A stretch of DNA of 61,305 nt, from NCBI GenBank assembly GCA_045644125.1, contig JAZRGJ010000103.1, positions 1-61,305 of the forward strand, written 5' to 3'. Position numbers and translations under genes: made by a program. Of this stretch, positions 1-8,518 are shown in pieces. The first letter of the stretch is position 1. Every line of letters starts with the position of its first letter. The notes under the pieces were generated by a model that saw only the letters and a program-made list of their open reading frames with translations, searched no databases and had not been told where the DNA came from. This DNA comes from Eubacteriales bacterium (GTDB lineage: Bacteria > Bacillota > Clostridia > Oscillospirales > CAG-272).

Positions 1-268
1 AATTTTCAAACGCGCGCTCTTCAACGTGCACTGTGCCGCTCTTGTCGTCGCCAACCGCAAAGCTTGACGGGCTGTAGGCGATAGTCGGCGCTATCATGAG
101 TTCTTTTTCTTCCGCAAGCTTTTTTATCAAGCCCTCTGCGACGAGGGTGTCGCAGCCGTATGAGCAGTGCGGACCGTGATATTCAACCGTGCCGGCGGGA
201 ATTACGAGCGGCACGTTGTTTTCTTTAACGTAATTGGTTTCGCGCGGGAAGCTTTTATCAAGTATCAT
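1..268 (-). CDS. creatininase (creatinine amidohydrolase) family protein, N-terminal part; the gene runs off the left edge
   Basis: Not in the ORF track because it is open at the edge. Manual minus-strand translation from the ATG at 268-266 gives MILDKSFPRETNYVKENNVPLVIPAGTVEYHGPHCSYGCDTLVAEGLIKKLAEEKELMIAPTIAYSPS... The PxGxxExHGPH block resembles the metal-binding signature of the creatininase fold. There is an ATGA start/stop overlap with the upstream gene. Confidence 0.55.
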   Translation of the reverse strand, partial: MILDKSFPRETNYVKENNVPLVIPAGTVEYHGPHCSYGCDTLVAEGLIKKLAEEKELMIAPTIAYSPSSFAVGDDKSGTVHVEERAFEN

Positions 269-2487
269 TTTAAAACTCCTGTAATTTTTAATTCTCCCGC
301 TCCCGGTATACTGAAGCGGATAAGCTTATTTTCTTGCGAAAATTCAAGCTCTTCGCCGTTAAACGTAAGCTTTTTTGGAATAAATGAAAGCGAAAGCTCA
401 GCTTCGGCGGCATAATGCGTGTCGCAAGCAAGCCCATTCGATAAAGCTTTAACGTTTGAGAGCTTGAAATTGGCGTCGTAGATTCCGAAGCCACCTACCT
501 TGTTGAGAGAAAAGAGTCTTGATTTATGCGGCGCGAGATTAAAGCTGCAAATATCGGCGGCGTTGATTTGTTCGCCGCTCCATACGTCCGTAAGCACGTA
601 ATCTCCGTCGGGTAAACCGAGCTCCGCCATGGAAAAGCTTATGTTTTGCGCCCTCTCTTCAATATTGAAAATCGCAAGCGTTCTTATTGGGAGGGCTTCG
701 TTTTCTTCCGTTGAAAAATGCGGAGTTTTTATAAACATAAGCGACGGAGTGTTTCGTCCGGGTTTGCGATAATCGTAGTTTCCGAGATAAACGTTGTCGC
801 CGTTGTTTGGGCACGCAACCGCTTTTTTCAGCATTTTAAGCTTCGGTGACGATTTGTCAACCGAGCTGAATTTTCCTGCAATCTCGACCATTGAGCGAGT
901 TATAAGTATGTAATTTATGCAAAATTCCGCATCCGTGTCGTTAAGTCCCGGAAACATACCGATAGCATCGCTGTTAGGGACGAAGAGGTCACCTGTGTGA
1001 GTTGCAAAGCAAGCAACGCCCCATAAAAAATTGGTTTTTATATTTTCCCAGTTTCCCTCTCCAATGTCTATTCCGTAGCGGTAGTTGGTGAAATATTCAC
1101 CGAGAAACGGGTTGCCCATAACTATGTCGCAGCCGGTTTGAAGATAGCCGTCTTGAGGTATGTTTTGACGTAGAGTTGTCAACCATTCCGCGCGGTGCTC
1201 GTAGCCGGAAGCGTATTTTTCTTTGAGATAATCTCCGCTCGATTCAAAGGGGTAGCTCCAAAAATCGTGCTTAACCGCATCAAAGCCGTATTCTACGCAG
1301 AGCTTATTAAAGGCGAAGCGAGCGTAATTCTTTACCTCTTTAAGACTCACGTCGGGCGCTGCGGTGGATTTGAAGCGCTCGGAAAAATCGCAGAACCATT
1401 CAGGCTTTTCTTTGAAAAGCTTCATATTTATCGGGCAACATCCGCCTATCCATATAGCAGGGCGAAGTCCGATTTCGCGAAGCTTGTCGGTAAAGTGGCG
1501 AAGTCCTTTCGGGAATTTCGTTTTGTCTATTCCGTCATCCCCCTCGTAGGGCACGGCAAGGCCGTGGGCGCGGTCGCGGCAAATCGAGTATCCGTCGTCA
1601 AGCTGCAACCATTTCACCGTGGGGAAGTTCTCTTTAAGAGCTTTTGCCTCGGAAAGAAGCATATCCTCGCTTACGTCACGGAAAATTCCGTCGTTCCACG
1701 AGCCCCATACGACGTTATCACGGTTGATGCTTGTTGCGCCGTAATTCAAAGACAGTCTTTTTCGAAGCTCGTTTGAATATTTTTCAAATATTTTCTCAAG
1801 ATTTTGCGCTTCGTCCGTAGCGCCGATATACCACTCGTCAACAAGAGCTTCGCGCGCCTTTATTTCTCTGTACGCAATCGACTTGAAAGACGAGAAGATT
1901 TCGAGTTTTATGCCGTTTTTTCCGTGAGAAACAAGGTAGTTATGAAAGAAAACTCTTTGAGAGAGCGTTCCGTGAACAAGGCCGTGGGTTTTGTCGTAAT
2001 TACTTATTATAATAGCCGGAAACGGCTGATACGGAGATGCGCCGATTCGCTCGCTGACAACGCCGGGGTCCGCCCATTTAGTTCCTGCTTCCACGTCAAA
2101 CTCGGAGTTTGACACGTCGTTTGAGGTGCGGCTGTAATCCACGGGAAAGGTCATCTGCTCATAAATTCTCGGGTTTTCTGTGTGATAAAAATAGTCTTTG
2201 AATGAAGCTGCGCCGAAAGATATTCCGTCAAGCGTTAAGCCTAATTCACGCACACGTTGCACGCTTTCCGTGTTGTTTTTGTAGCAGCGCTTCGCTATAA
2301 AACCGTTTTCGGTTTCGGAAATGCAAAGCTCGTCGCAGTAAAGCTCGTTTTCGGTCTTGAGGCAAAGTGTTTCTCCGTTTTCGAAAAGCTCGTATTTTGA
2401 AAAATCGTCTTTGCCGTCAAAGCAAACGTAGGGTGTTATGCTAAAGCTTCCGCACCCAAGTTTTTTTAAGAGATAGTCCTTTTTCAT
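265..2487 (-). CDS. glycoside hydrolase, alpha-galactosidase-like (clan GH-D / GH36-like TIM barrel)
   Basis: 740-aa ORF. Motifs VKWLQLDDGYS, FPKGLRHF, GLRPAIWIGG and AVKHDFW match the catalytic barrel pattern of GH36/GH27-type enzymes (xxDDGW ... KxDxx). It is co-oriented with the adjacent peptidase and ASRT genes. Confidence 0.5.
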   Translation of the reverse strand: MKKDYLLKKLGCGSFSITPYVCFDGKDDFSKYELFENGETLCLKTENELYCDELCISETENGFIAKRCYKNNTESVQRVRELGLTLDGISFGAASFKDYFYHTENPRIYEQMTFPVDYSRTSNDVSNSEFDVEAGTKWADPGVVSERIGASPYQPFPAIIISNYDKTHGLVHGTLSQRVFFHNYLVSHGKNGIKLEIFSSFKSIAYREIKAREALVDEWYIGATDEAQNLEKIFEKYSNELRKRLSLNYGATSINRDNVVWGSWNDGIFRDVSEDMLLSEAKALKENFPTVKWLQLDDGYSICRDRAHGLAVPYEGDDGIDKTKFPKGLRHFTDKLREIGLRPAIWIGGCCPINMKLFKEKPEWFCDFSERFKSTAAPDVSLKEVKNYARFAFNKLCVEYGFDAVKHDFWSYPFESSGDYLKEKYASGYEHRAEWLTTLRQNIPQDGYLQTGCDIVMGNPFLGEYFTNYRYGIDIGEGNWENIKTNFLWGVACFATHTGDLFVPNSDAIGMFPGLNDTDAEFCINYILITRSMVEIAGKFSSVDKSSPKLKMLKKAVACPNNGDNVYLGNYDYRKPGRNTPSLMFIKTPHFSTEENEALPIRTLAIFNIEERAQNISFSMAELGLPDGDYVLTDVWSGEQINAADICSFNLAPHKSRLFSLNKVGGFGIYDANFKLSNVKALSNGLACDTHYAAEAELSLSFIPKKLTFNGEELEFSQENKLIRFSIPGAGELKITGVLK

Positions 2488-2490
2488 ACT

Positions 2491-2850
2491 TTAATATCCA
2501 AGCGTCGTGTAATACGCAAGATTCGTTTGTCTGTTGTCTAGTCTGCCGTACTGTACTACGATTTTGGTATCCGAAGAGAGCTTCATTGCGTATTGCGTTT
2601 CAAGAGGAACTTCAAATCCGCACATATCGGCAAGATTATTCATTCTGAAGCAACGCACTCTCTTTGCGTCGACAGTCCAGGTAATATCGTCGTAAGAATC
2701 CTTGTCCGTGAAGTAAATGCTTACTCTGATAGTTGCCTTTTTGTTCGTATCGTTAACGACGATAACGCTCTCGTGGCCCTTGAGCTCTCCCTCGCCGGGA
2801 GGGGGAAGCTCGCAATCGGGAATTATCCAGTATTTTTTTCCGCAATCCAT
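2491..2850 (-). CDS. sensory rhodopsin transducer (ASRT/TM1070-like) family protein
   Basis: The sequence MDCGKKYWIIPDCELPPPGEGELKGHESVIVVNDTNKKATIRVSIYFTDKD...VVQYGRLDNRQTNLAYYTTLGY aligns by eye with the ASRT family (HETxxxLN, IYYxDK, VQHTRLDxRQ). I moved the start to the ATG at 2850, which has GAGGA 6 nt upstream; the track start at 2871 is a TTG. Confidence 0.65.
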   Translation of the reverse strand: MDCGKKYWIIPDCELPPPGEGELKGHESVIVVNDTNKKATIRVSIYFTDKDSYDDITWTVDAKRVRCFRMNNLADMCGFEVPLETQYAMKLSSDTKIVVQYGRLDNRQTNLAYYTTLGY

Positions 2851-2860
2851 GGCTCTATCC

Positions 2861-4033
2861 TCAGAAATCAAGCTCTATGATGCCTTTTTTGAGATAGTCG
2901 GTGTAGCTTTCAACGCCATCCTTCTTGATAGCGACGCCCTTTTCCCAGCGGCAACCGAAGGTGGGGCCCGAAATAAAGGTGTCTATCTGGAACGTCATAT
3001 TCTCTTCAAGGGGATAGTGGGTTGAGGTTTCCATCCAAGGAGCTTCAACTTCTATCATACCCGTGCCGTGGCAGGGGCCGTAAACGTAATTGTCGCCGTA
3101 TCCCGCATCCTTATACATTTGAAGGAATTTCTTTGCAACGTCGTCAGCGTAAACGCCGGCTTTAAGCTGGGATTCCGTCCATTCGTGCATCTTGCGGCAG
3201 AATTCAACGAGCTCACGTCTTTCGCCCTCAAGCTTGCCCATAACTACGGGAAGACCGATGGAGGGGGAATATCCGTCTATTTTAGCGGAAAGGTTGAGCT
3301 GAACTATATCGCCTTTTTTGATTTCTCTGTATCTTGAACGGGAAATTGCGTGGCGAGTGCTCTCCTCGGAGAAAACGTACATGGGAAGACCTTCGTATTC
3401 CGCGCCGTTTTCGTAAATAACTCTTTGAGCAACGCCAACCATCTGAAGCTCGGTTACGCCGGGCTTAAGAGCCTTTATAACCTCGTCGGTTGCGAGCTCG
3501 ATTATTCTGAAGCCCTCACGTATGCAAGCGATTTCGTTTTCGCTCTTTATTTTGCGAAGCTCTACCATAATATCGTTGCATTTTACGATGTTTGCTTCGG
3601 GGTAAGCGTCCTTTAAGCCCTCGTATATGGGAAGTGTGCATTCTACGTAGCTTCCAAGACCTATATTGATCTTTTTGCCCTTAACGCCCAATGCGTTGAA
3701 CACTTCCGAGAAGGTGCTTGCCGTAAGCTCGGGGTAGCTGGGGTCAGCTGCTTCACGAAACTCTTTAAGAACGAAAACCTTGTCGATTTTGCCGAAATCC
3801 TTGCCGAAAACTGCGGATTCGGGGCCGACGAGAAGCGCCGCGTCACCGTTTGCGGATATAGCAACTCCGGCTCTTTCGAAAAGAGGCCAGAAGCCTGAAA
3901 AATAACGCGCGTTTGCGTAGTCGCTTTCGGTTGAAGAAACTACCATAACGTCAAGGCCGCGCTCGGCAATAAGTTTTGCGGCTCTTTTGATTCTTTCTTG
4001 ATATTCGTTGTCGGGAATGCAGATTCTTTTCAT
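2861..4033 (-). CDS. M24 family metallopeptidase (Xaa-Pro aminopeptidase / creatinase-like)
   Basis: 390-aa ORF with an N-terminal creatinase/prolidase domain and a pita-bread C-terminal domain (KPGVTELQ, GDIVQLNLSAKIDGY, GPCHGTGMIEVEAP, ENMTFQIDT). A GGAG RBS precedes the ATG at 4033. Confidence 0.7.
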   Translation of the reverse strand: MKRICIPDNEYQERIKRAAKLIAERGLDVMVVSSTESDYANARYFSGFWPLFERAGVAISANGDAALLVGPESAVFGKDFGKIDKVFVLKEFREAADPSYPELTASTFSEVFNALGVKGKKINIGLGSYVECTLPIYEGLKDAYPEANIVKCNDIMVELRKIKSENEIACIREGFRIIELATDEVIKALKPGVTELQMVGVAQRVIYENGAEYEGLPMYVFSEESTRHAISRSRYREIKKGDIVQLNLSAKIDGYSPSIGLPVVMGKLEGERRELVEFCRKMHEWTESQLKAGVYADDVAKKFLQMYKDAGYGDNYVYGPCHGTGMIEVEAPWMETSTHYPLEENMTFQIDTFISGPTFGCRWEKGVAIKKDGVESYTDYLKKGIIELDF

Positions 4034-4159
4034 GATAAGAACTCCTTTTTCATGTAGTATTGATGACTTTATTATATCTTTTTAAGCTTGGATTGTCATT
4101 GTAAAATTGTAACTATTAATTGAACAATCGTATTTTTTGATAAAAAATTTATATAAGTA

Positions 4160-4188
4160 TTGACTTGCGGTTTTCGTTGGTGTAAAAT
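4160..4188 (+). promoter_or_regulatory. sigma-A-type promoter (TTGACT-N17-TAAAAT) for the AraC gene; possibly leaderless
   Basis: TTGACT at 4160-4165, 17-nt spacer, TAAAAT at 4183-4188. Only 6 nt separate the -10 box from the ATG at 4195, and there is no convincing SD. Confidence 0.4.
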
Positions 4189-4194
4189 GAGAGC

Positions 4195-5073
4195 ATGAAA
4201 TTTAATCTTAAAAAAATAACGGACGTTTTGGAAATACCGGAGATAGCAAACGTTCACTTTTTCGAATTTGAAAAAGACTATTCAACCAACGAGGACTCTC
4301 ATCCGTTTTGCGAGCTTGTTTTTTCGTATTCGGGCACTCTTGGGATAATCTCCGAAAATTACGTAGGAAAGCTCAGAAAAGGAGAGCTTTTGATTCATCG
4401 CGCTGGTGAAAGGCATGCGCTGAAAAGCCACAAGAACAAGAAAACGACGGTAGTTATCATTGGATTCAAATGCTACTCGGAATATCTTAACTCCTTTTCG
4501 AAAAAACCGCTTCGTTTGTCAGAAAACGAAACCAAAGAGCTTGCCAGGATCGTAAAAGAGGGAAGAAACGTGTTTGCGCCGCCGTATGACGTCCCCGTTT
4601 ACGATATGAAGAAAAAAGAAAATCAAATATGGGGAAGTGAGCAGATGCTGCGCTCGCTTCTTGAAAACTTTTTGGTGGAGCTTGTCAGAAATCACGTTAT
4701 CCGAGAAGAGAAAAACGACACCGACGGCTCGGCGGATTTCAAAAGCGAGGAAATTCTTGCTTACGTTGACGCTCATTACACGGAAAAGCTCGTTCTTGAC
4801 GAAATGGCGTTTTTGTTTAATACCAACCGCTCGGCTTTTTGCAAAAAATTCAAATCCTTCACGGGAAAGACTTTCGTTAATTACGTTGCCGAGAAAAAGC
4901 TTGACACATTCTTGAAAATGCTTTCCGAAAGCAATCTGTCGCTTTCGGAAATAGCCCAGGCTTTAGGCTTTGACAGCACCGCATACCTTTGCAGATTTTT
5001 CAAAAACCACACGGGAAAAACGCCCAAGGAATATAGGCGAGAGCTTGAAGAAAAGAATCAATCAAAGGCGTAA
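4195..5073 (+). CDS. AraC family transcriptional regulator (cupin N-terminal domain plus two HTH motifs)
   Basis: 292 aa. The C-terminus LVLDEMAFLFNTNRSAFCKKFKSFTGKTFVNY...LSEIAQALGFDSTAYLCRFFKNHTGKTPKEYR is the typical AraC/XylS HTH_18 pattern. Confidence 0.85.
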   Translation: MKFNLKKITDVLEIPEIANVHFFEFEKDYSTNEDSHPFCELVFSYSGTLGIISENYVGKLRKGELLIHRAGERHALKSHKNKKTTVVIIGFKCYSEYLNSFSKKPLRLSENETKELARIVKEGRNVFAPPYDVPVYDMKKKENQIWGSEQMLRSLLENFLVELVRNHVIREEKNDTDGSADFKSEEILAYVDAHYTEKLVLDEMAFLFNTNRSAFCKKFKSFTGKTFVNYVAEKKLDTFLKMLSESNLSLSEIAQALGFDSTAYLCRFFKNHTGKTPKEYRRELEEKNQSKA

Positions 5074-5107
5074 AATCAATAAAATGTAAACTTATATTTG
5101 CAAAAAT

Positions 5108-5139
5108 AAAAGGAACTGGTTAAAATCAGTTCCTTTTTG
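5108..5139. terminator. bidirectional rho-independent terminator between convergent genes
   Basis: Stem AGGAACTG / CAGTTCCT with an 8-nt loop, an A-run upstream and a T-run downstream. Confidence 0.6.
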
Positions 5140-5188
5140 CATATTTTGAGCAGTGTTTGCGATACGAAAAAATTGCGATATGAGAAAA

Positions 5189-5614
5189 TTATTCCTCATC
5201 GTCGTCGCATTCTTCGTCGTTTGCAACGTCGTCAAGCTCGTCGTTAAAATTCTTCAAGCGAGCATTGTAATAGTAGGCGTCGCCCTCGGGGCTGACGAAG
5301 GAAAATTCGTTATCGTCCATATCGTAAAGCGTGCCTGTAACCTCGAGATTTTTAGCCGCTTTTGCAAAAAGCTCAATAAATTCATCCGTATCGAACTCGT
5401 CTATTTCAATTCCGATTTCGTCGTTTGAGAAAACGAGCTCGCATTTTTCCTCGTCGGAAATATTAGCGTAATTGTCGTCGAGGTTTATGTAGTCGCCGCT
5501 TACTTCGAAAAAGTCGTCAAGCTCTCCGGATTTCAAGAATCTTACAAGCTTTTTGATTTCGCTTTTCAAGCCTTTTGCTGTAATTTCAAAGTAAAGCTCG
5601 TCGTAAAGTGTCAT
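5189..5614 (-). CDS. hypothetical acidic protein
   Basis: The ORF was trimmed to the internal ATG at 5614, which has a GGAGA RBS (MTLYDELYFEITAKG...). The C-terminus is very acidic (DDVANDEECDDDEE). No recognisable motif. Confidence 0.5.
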   Translation of the reverse strand: MTLYDELYFEITAKGLKSEIKKLVRFLKSGELDDFFEVSGDYINLDDNYANISDEEKCELVFSNDEIGIEIDEFDTDEFIELFAKAAKNLEVTGTLYDMDDNEFSFVSPEGDAYYYNARLKNFNDELDDVANDEECDDDEE

Positions 5615-5777
5615 AGGGGATCTCCTTTTGTTTTTATGCGAATTGAGTATAGCACAGCGCTTTGCGTTTGTCAATATTTGTCTTGATAAAACGTTTTACC
5701 CTTTCTATAATATTACAAAACTACCGTTAAAAAGGTTACGGTAAACGGGGCGCAATTTGCAGCGCTTGTAATTTTTA

Positions 5778-6569
5778 TCATATAAGAAATGAAATTCCAT
5801 GCAATATGAGAAGATGCGAGGGGTAGAAAACGTAGAAAAAGTATTTCATATTAAGCTTGCCTCGGCTGCCGGAATATAAAATGAGAAGCGGCAGGGCAAA
5901 AAGAGCGAAAAACTGAGATTCTTCCTCAAGGGCGAAGCTTAAAAGCAAAAGACATACGCCGAGTGAAAAAACGTTTGGCAAGCGCTCAGCCAAGAAGGCT
6001 TTTTTGAAAAAGCGGTTTTTCTCGTTTTGGCTCTGAGCTTTTTCAAGGCTATCGCCAGCCTCACAGCTTACTTTGGGCATCTTAAATGCGCTTGCAAAGG
6101 CGGGAGCCATGCATCCGAAGAAGCCGTAATCAATGGTGAGAATTAAGTTTAAAAGATAGACGCCGACAATCGTTGCTATTAAAAGAAGCGTTGAAAAAAT
6201 TCGTTTTCCTAAGGATTCTTTCATCAAAAACGTTCTTTTTACGTATTGCATTACGTATACAACGGCAATCGAAACGGAAAACGTAAGAAGTATTCCGAGA
6301 TATAGGTCTCCCGATTGAATAGAGTAAGCTATCTGGCATATGACTCCGAGGATGAAAATGCCGCCGAAATATCTAAGCTTATTTCGTGTGTAATGGCAAC
6401 CCTCCGCAATCATATAGGCGTAAATCGGGAAAGAGAGTCGCCCTATTATTCTTAAAATTAAAAATTCGGGTAAAAGAATTATGCCGACGTGGTCAATAAG
6501 CATGGTTATTGCGGCAATTATTTTAAGCGTGTTTCCGCTAAAACCCCGAGTGGCGCTGTCGCTTGCCAT
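5778..6569 (-). CDS. TraX family membrane protein
   Basis: A polytopic membrane ORF whose N-terminus LKIIAAITMLIDHVG ... SFPIYAYMIAEG is typical of the TraX family. Confidence 0.65.
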   Translation of the reverse strand: MASDSATRGFSGNTLKIIAAITMLIDHVGIILLPEFLILRIIGRLSFPIYAYMIAEGCHYTRNKLRYFGGIFILGVICQIAYSIQSGDLYLGILLTFSVSIAVVYVMQYVKRTFLMKESLGKRIFSTLLLIATIVGVYLLNLILTIDYGFFGCMAPAFASAFKMPKVSCEAGDSLEKAQSQNEKNRFFKKAFLAERLPNVFSLGVCLLLLSFALEEESQFFALFALPLLILYSGSRGKLNMKYFFYVFYPSHLLILHGISFLI

Positions 6570-6603
6570 GAAACTCTCTCTTTCTTTAACTTGCTTTTAA
6601 AAT

Positions 6604-8361
6604 TTATTCGATAAAATCGTTGTCACGGAATTGGAGCGCATAAAGGTTTTTGTAAGTGCCGCCCTTGGCTATAAGCTCCTCGTGAGTGCCGCGCTCGTGA
6701 ATTTTGCCGTCCATTATTACGGCAATTTCGTCTGCGTTGCGTATAGTTGAGAGTCTGTGAGCGACGACTATCGTCGTTCTTCCGCGGCAAAGCTCGTCAA
6801 GAGCGCTTTGAATAAGAACTTCCGTCGTGTTGTCGAGCGCGCTCGTTGCTTCGTCAAGTATGAGTATCGAGGGGTCTTTCAAGAACACTCTTGCTATACT
6901 GAGTCGCTGCTTTTGTCCGCCGGAAAGCTTAACGCCTCTTTCACCGATTTCGGTGTCGTAGCCCTTTTCAAGAGAAATTATATAATCGTGGATATTAGCT
7001 CGGCGCGCAGCCTCGAAAACCTCCTCGTCGCTTGCCGTGGGGTTTCCGTAAAGGATATTTTCACGCACGGTGCCCGCAAAAAGAAATACGTCTTGCTGAA
7101 CTATACCGATGTTTTTACGAAGCGATTCAAGGGTTAGGTCTTTTATATCGATTCCGTCGATAAGTATTGCTCCGTCGCCGTCTTTGAGCTTGTAGAAATT
7201 AGGCAAAAGGTGGCAAAGCGTGGTTTTTCCTCCGCCCGACGGGCCGACAAGGGCAAGCTTTCTGCCTTTTTCAAGCTTCAAATCGATATTGTGAAGCACG
7301 CCTTTTGAATCGTCGTAAGAATAGCTTACGTTTTTGAATTCTATAACGCCGCTAACGTCTTTAAGCTCGCACGCATCGGGCGCGTCAAGCTCAGGCTTCT
7401 CGTCCATTATCTCAACGAAGCGTTTGAAGCCGCTGACGCCGTTTTGATATTGCTCCATAAAGCTGATAAGCGTGTTTACAGGGCTTATGAAGAGATTGAC
7501 CGAAACTATGAATGTAGAATAGTCCGCGAAGTCAATCCTTTTTAAGCACATAAATATGCCGCCTGCGATAAGAATGAAAACGTTGAATATATCGGTGATG
7601 AAGGTTGTGGAGCAGTGGAATTTAGCCATTGCGTCGTAAGCGCCGTAGGATGCGTCGACGAATTCCTTATCGCCTTTAGCGAATTTTTCAACCTCACGGT
7701 CTGCGTTTGTGTAAGCTTTTGTGACACGGATACCGGTTATGCTGCTTTCAACCGCCGCATTTATCAAGGCGTTGCTCTTTCTTCGAGCGTCAAAAGCGCG
7801 CTTCATTGCCTTTCTGTAATGGAACGTTACCAAGAAGAGAATCGGCACGCAGGTGAAGATTATAAGGGTGAGTATCCAATCTATCGTCATAAGATAGGTG
7901 AACGATAAAACTATCATGACGCTGCTTATCAATAAGTTTTCGGGGCCGTGGTGGGCAAGCTCGCAAACTTCGAAAAGGTCGCTCGTTATTCTCGTCATAA
8001 TTTTACCGGTTTCGTTATCGTCGTAAAAACGGAAGGGAAGCTTTTCAAGATGCCCGAAAAGGTCGCGGCGCATTTGTGACTGCATACGTACGCCGATTAT
8101 GTGTCCGTAATATTGAACGAAATAACGAAGGAACATACGCACAACGTAAAGCGTCACGAGAAGAGTTCCGAATATTATTATCGCGCGAAACACTTCGTCG
8201 GGAATGGTTTCGCTATTCATATTTTCTTCAAACAATTTGAGAGCTTGTCTTGTTACTACCGGATAAACCATGCCGATAATAGAGATAAAGAGCGCTGCCA
8301 TCATATCCCAGAAAAGCAGCTTTTTGTGCGGTTTGTAATAGCTTATAAAGCGTTTGAGCAT
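6604..8361 (-). CDS. ABC transporter, fused permease/ATP-binding exporter (MsbA/ABCB type)
   Basis: 585 aa with a six-TM N-terminal half. Walker A GPSGGGKTT, signature LSGGQKQR, Walker B ILILDEATSALD, H-loop VVAHRLST. Confidence 0.9.
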   Translation of the reverse strand: MLKRFISYYKPHKKLLFWDMMAALFISIIGMVYPVVTRQALKLFEENMNSETIPDEVFRAIIIFGTLLVTLYVVRMFLRYFVQYYGHIIGVRMQSQMRRDLFGHLEKLPFRFYDDNETGKIMTRITSDLFEVCELAHHGPENLLISSVMIVLSFTYLMTIDWILTLIIFTCVPILFLVTFHYRKAMKRAFDARRKSNALINAAVESSITGIRVTKAYTNADREVEKFAKGDKEFVDASYGAYDAMAKFHCSTTFITDIFNVFILIAGGIFMCLKRIDFADYSTFIVSVNLFISPVNTLISFMEQYQNGVSGFKRFVEIMDEKPELDAPDACELKDVSGVIEFKNVSYSYDDSKGVLHNIDLKLEKGRKLALVGPSGGGKTTLCHLLPNFYKLKDGDGAILIDGIDIKDLTLESLRKNIGIVQQDVFLFAGTVRENILYGNPTASDEEVFEAARRANIHDYIISLEKGYDTEIGERGVKLSGGQKQRLSIARVFLKDPSILILDEATSALDNTTEVLIQSALDELCRGRTTIVVAHRLSTIRNADEIAVIMDGKIHERGTHEELIAKGGTYKNLYALQFRDNDFIE

Positions 8362-8518
8362 ACGAATTCCTCTTAAGTTATGAATTATTTATATTATAGT
8401 GTATATAGGTGGAAAAATCAAGGTAAAATTTGTTTTTTTGTCGTATTTTTTAAAACTGCACTTGAATTTAATTTAAAAATTTTGTATACTTAATTTAAAG
8501 AAAAAAGAGGTGGCGCTT

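Noticed and set aside
1195-2112. Plus-strand ORFs of 193, 61 and 102 aa
   Set aside because: They are antisense to the 740-aa glycosidase gene. They have no RBS or motif and their composition is typical of shadow frames.
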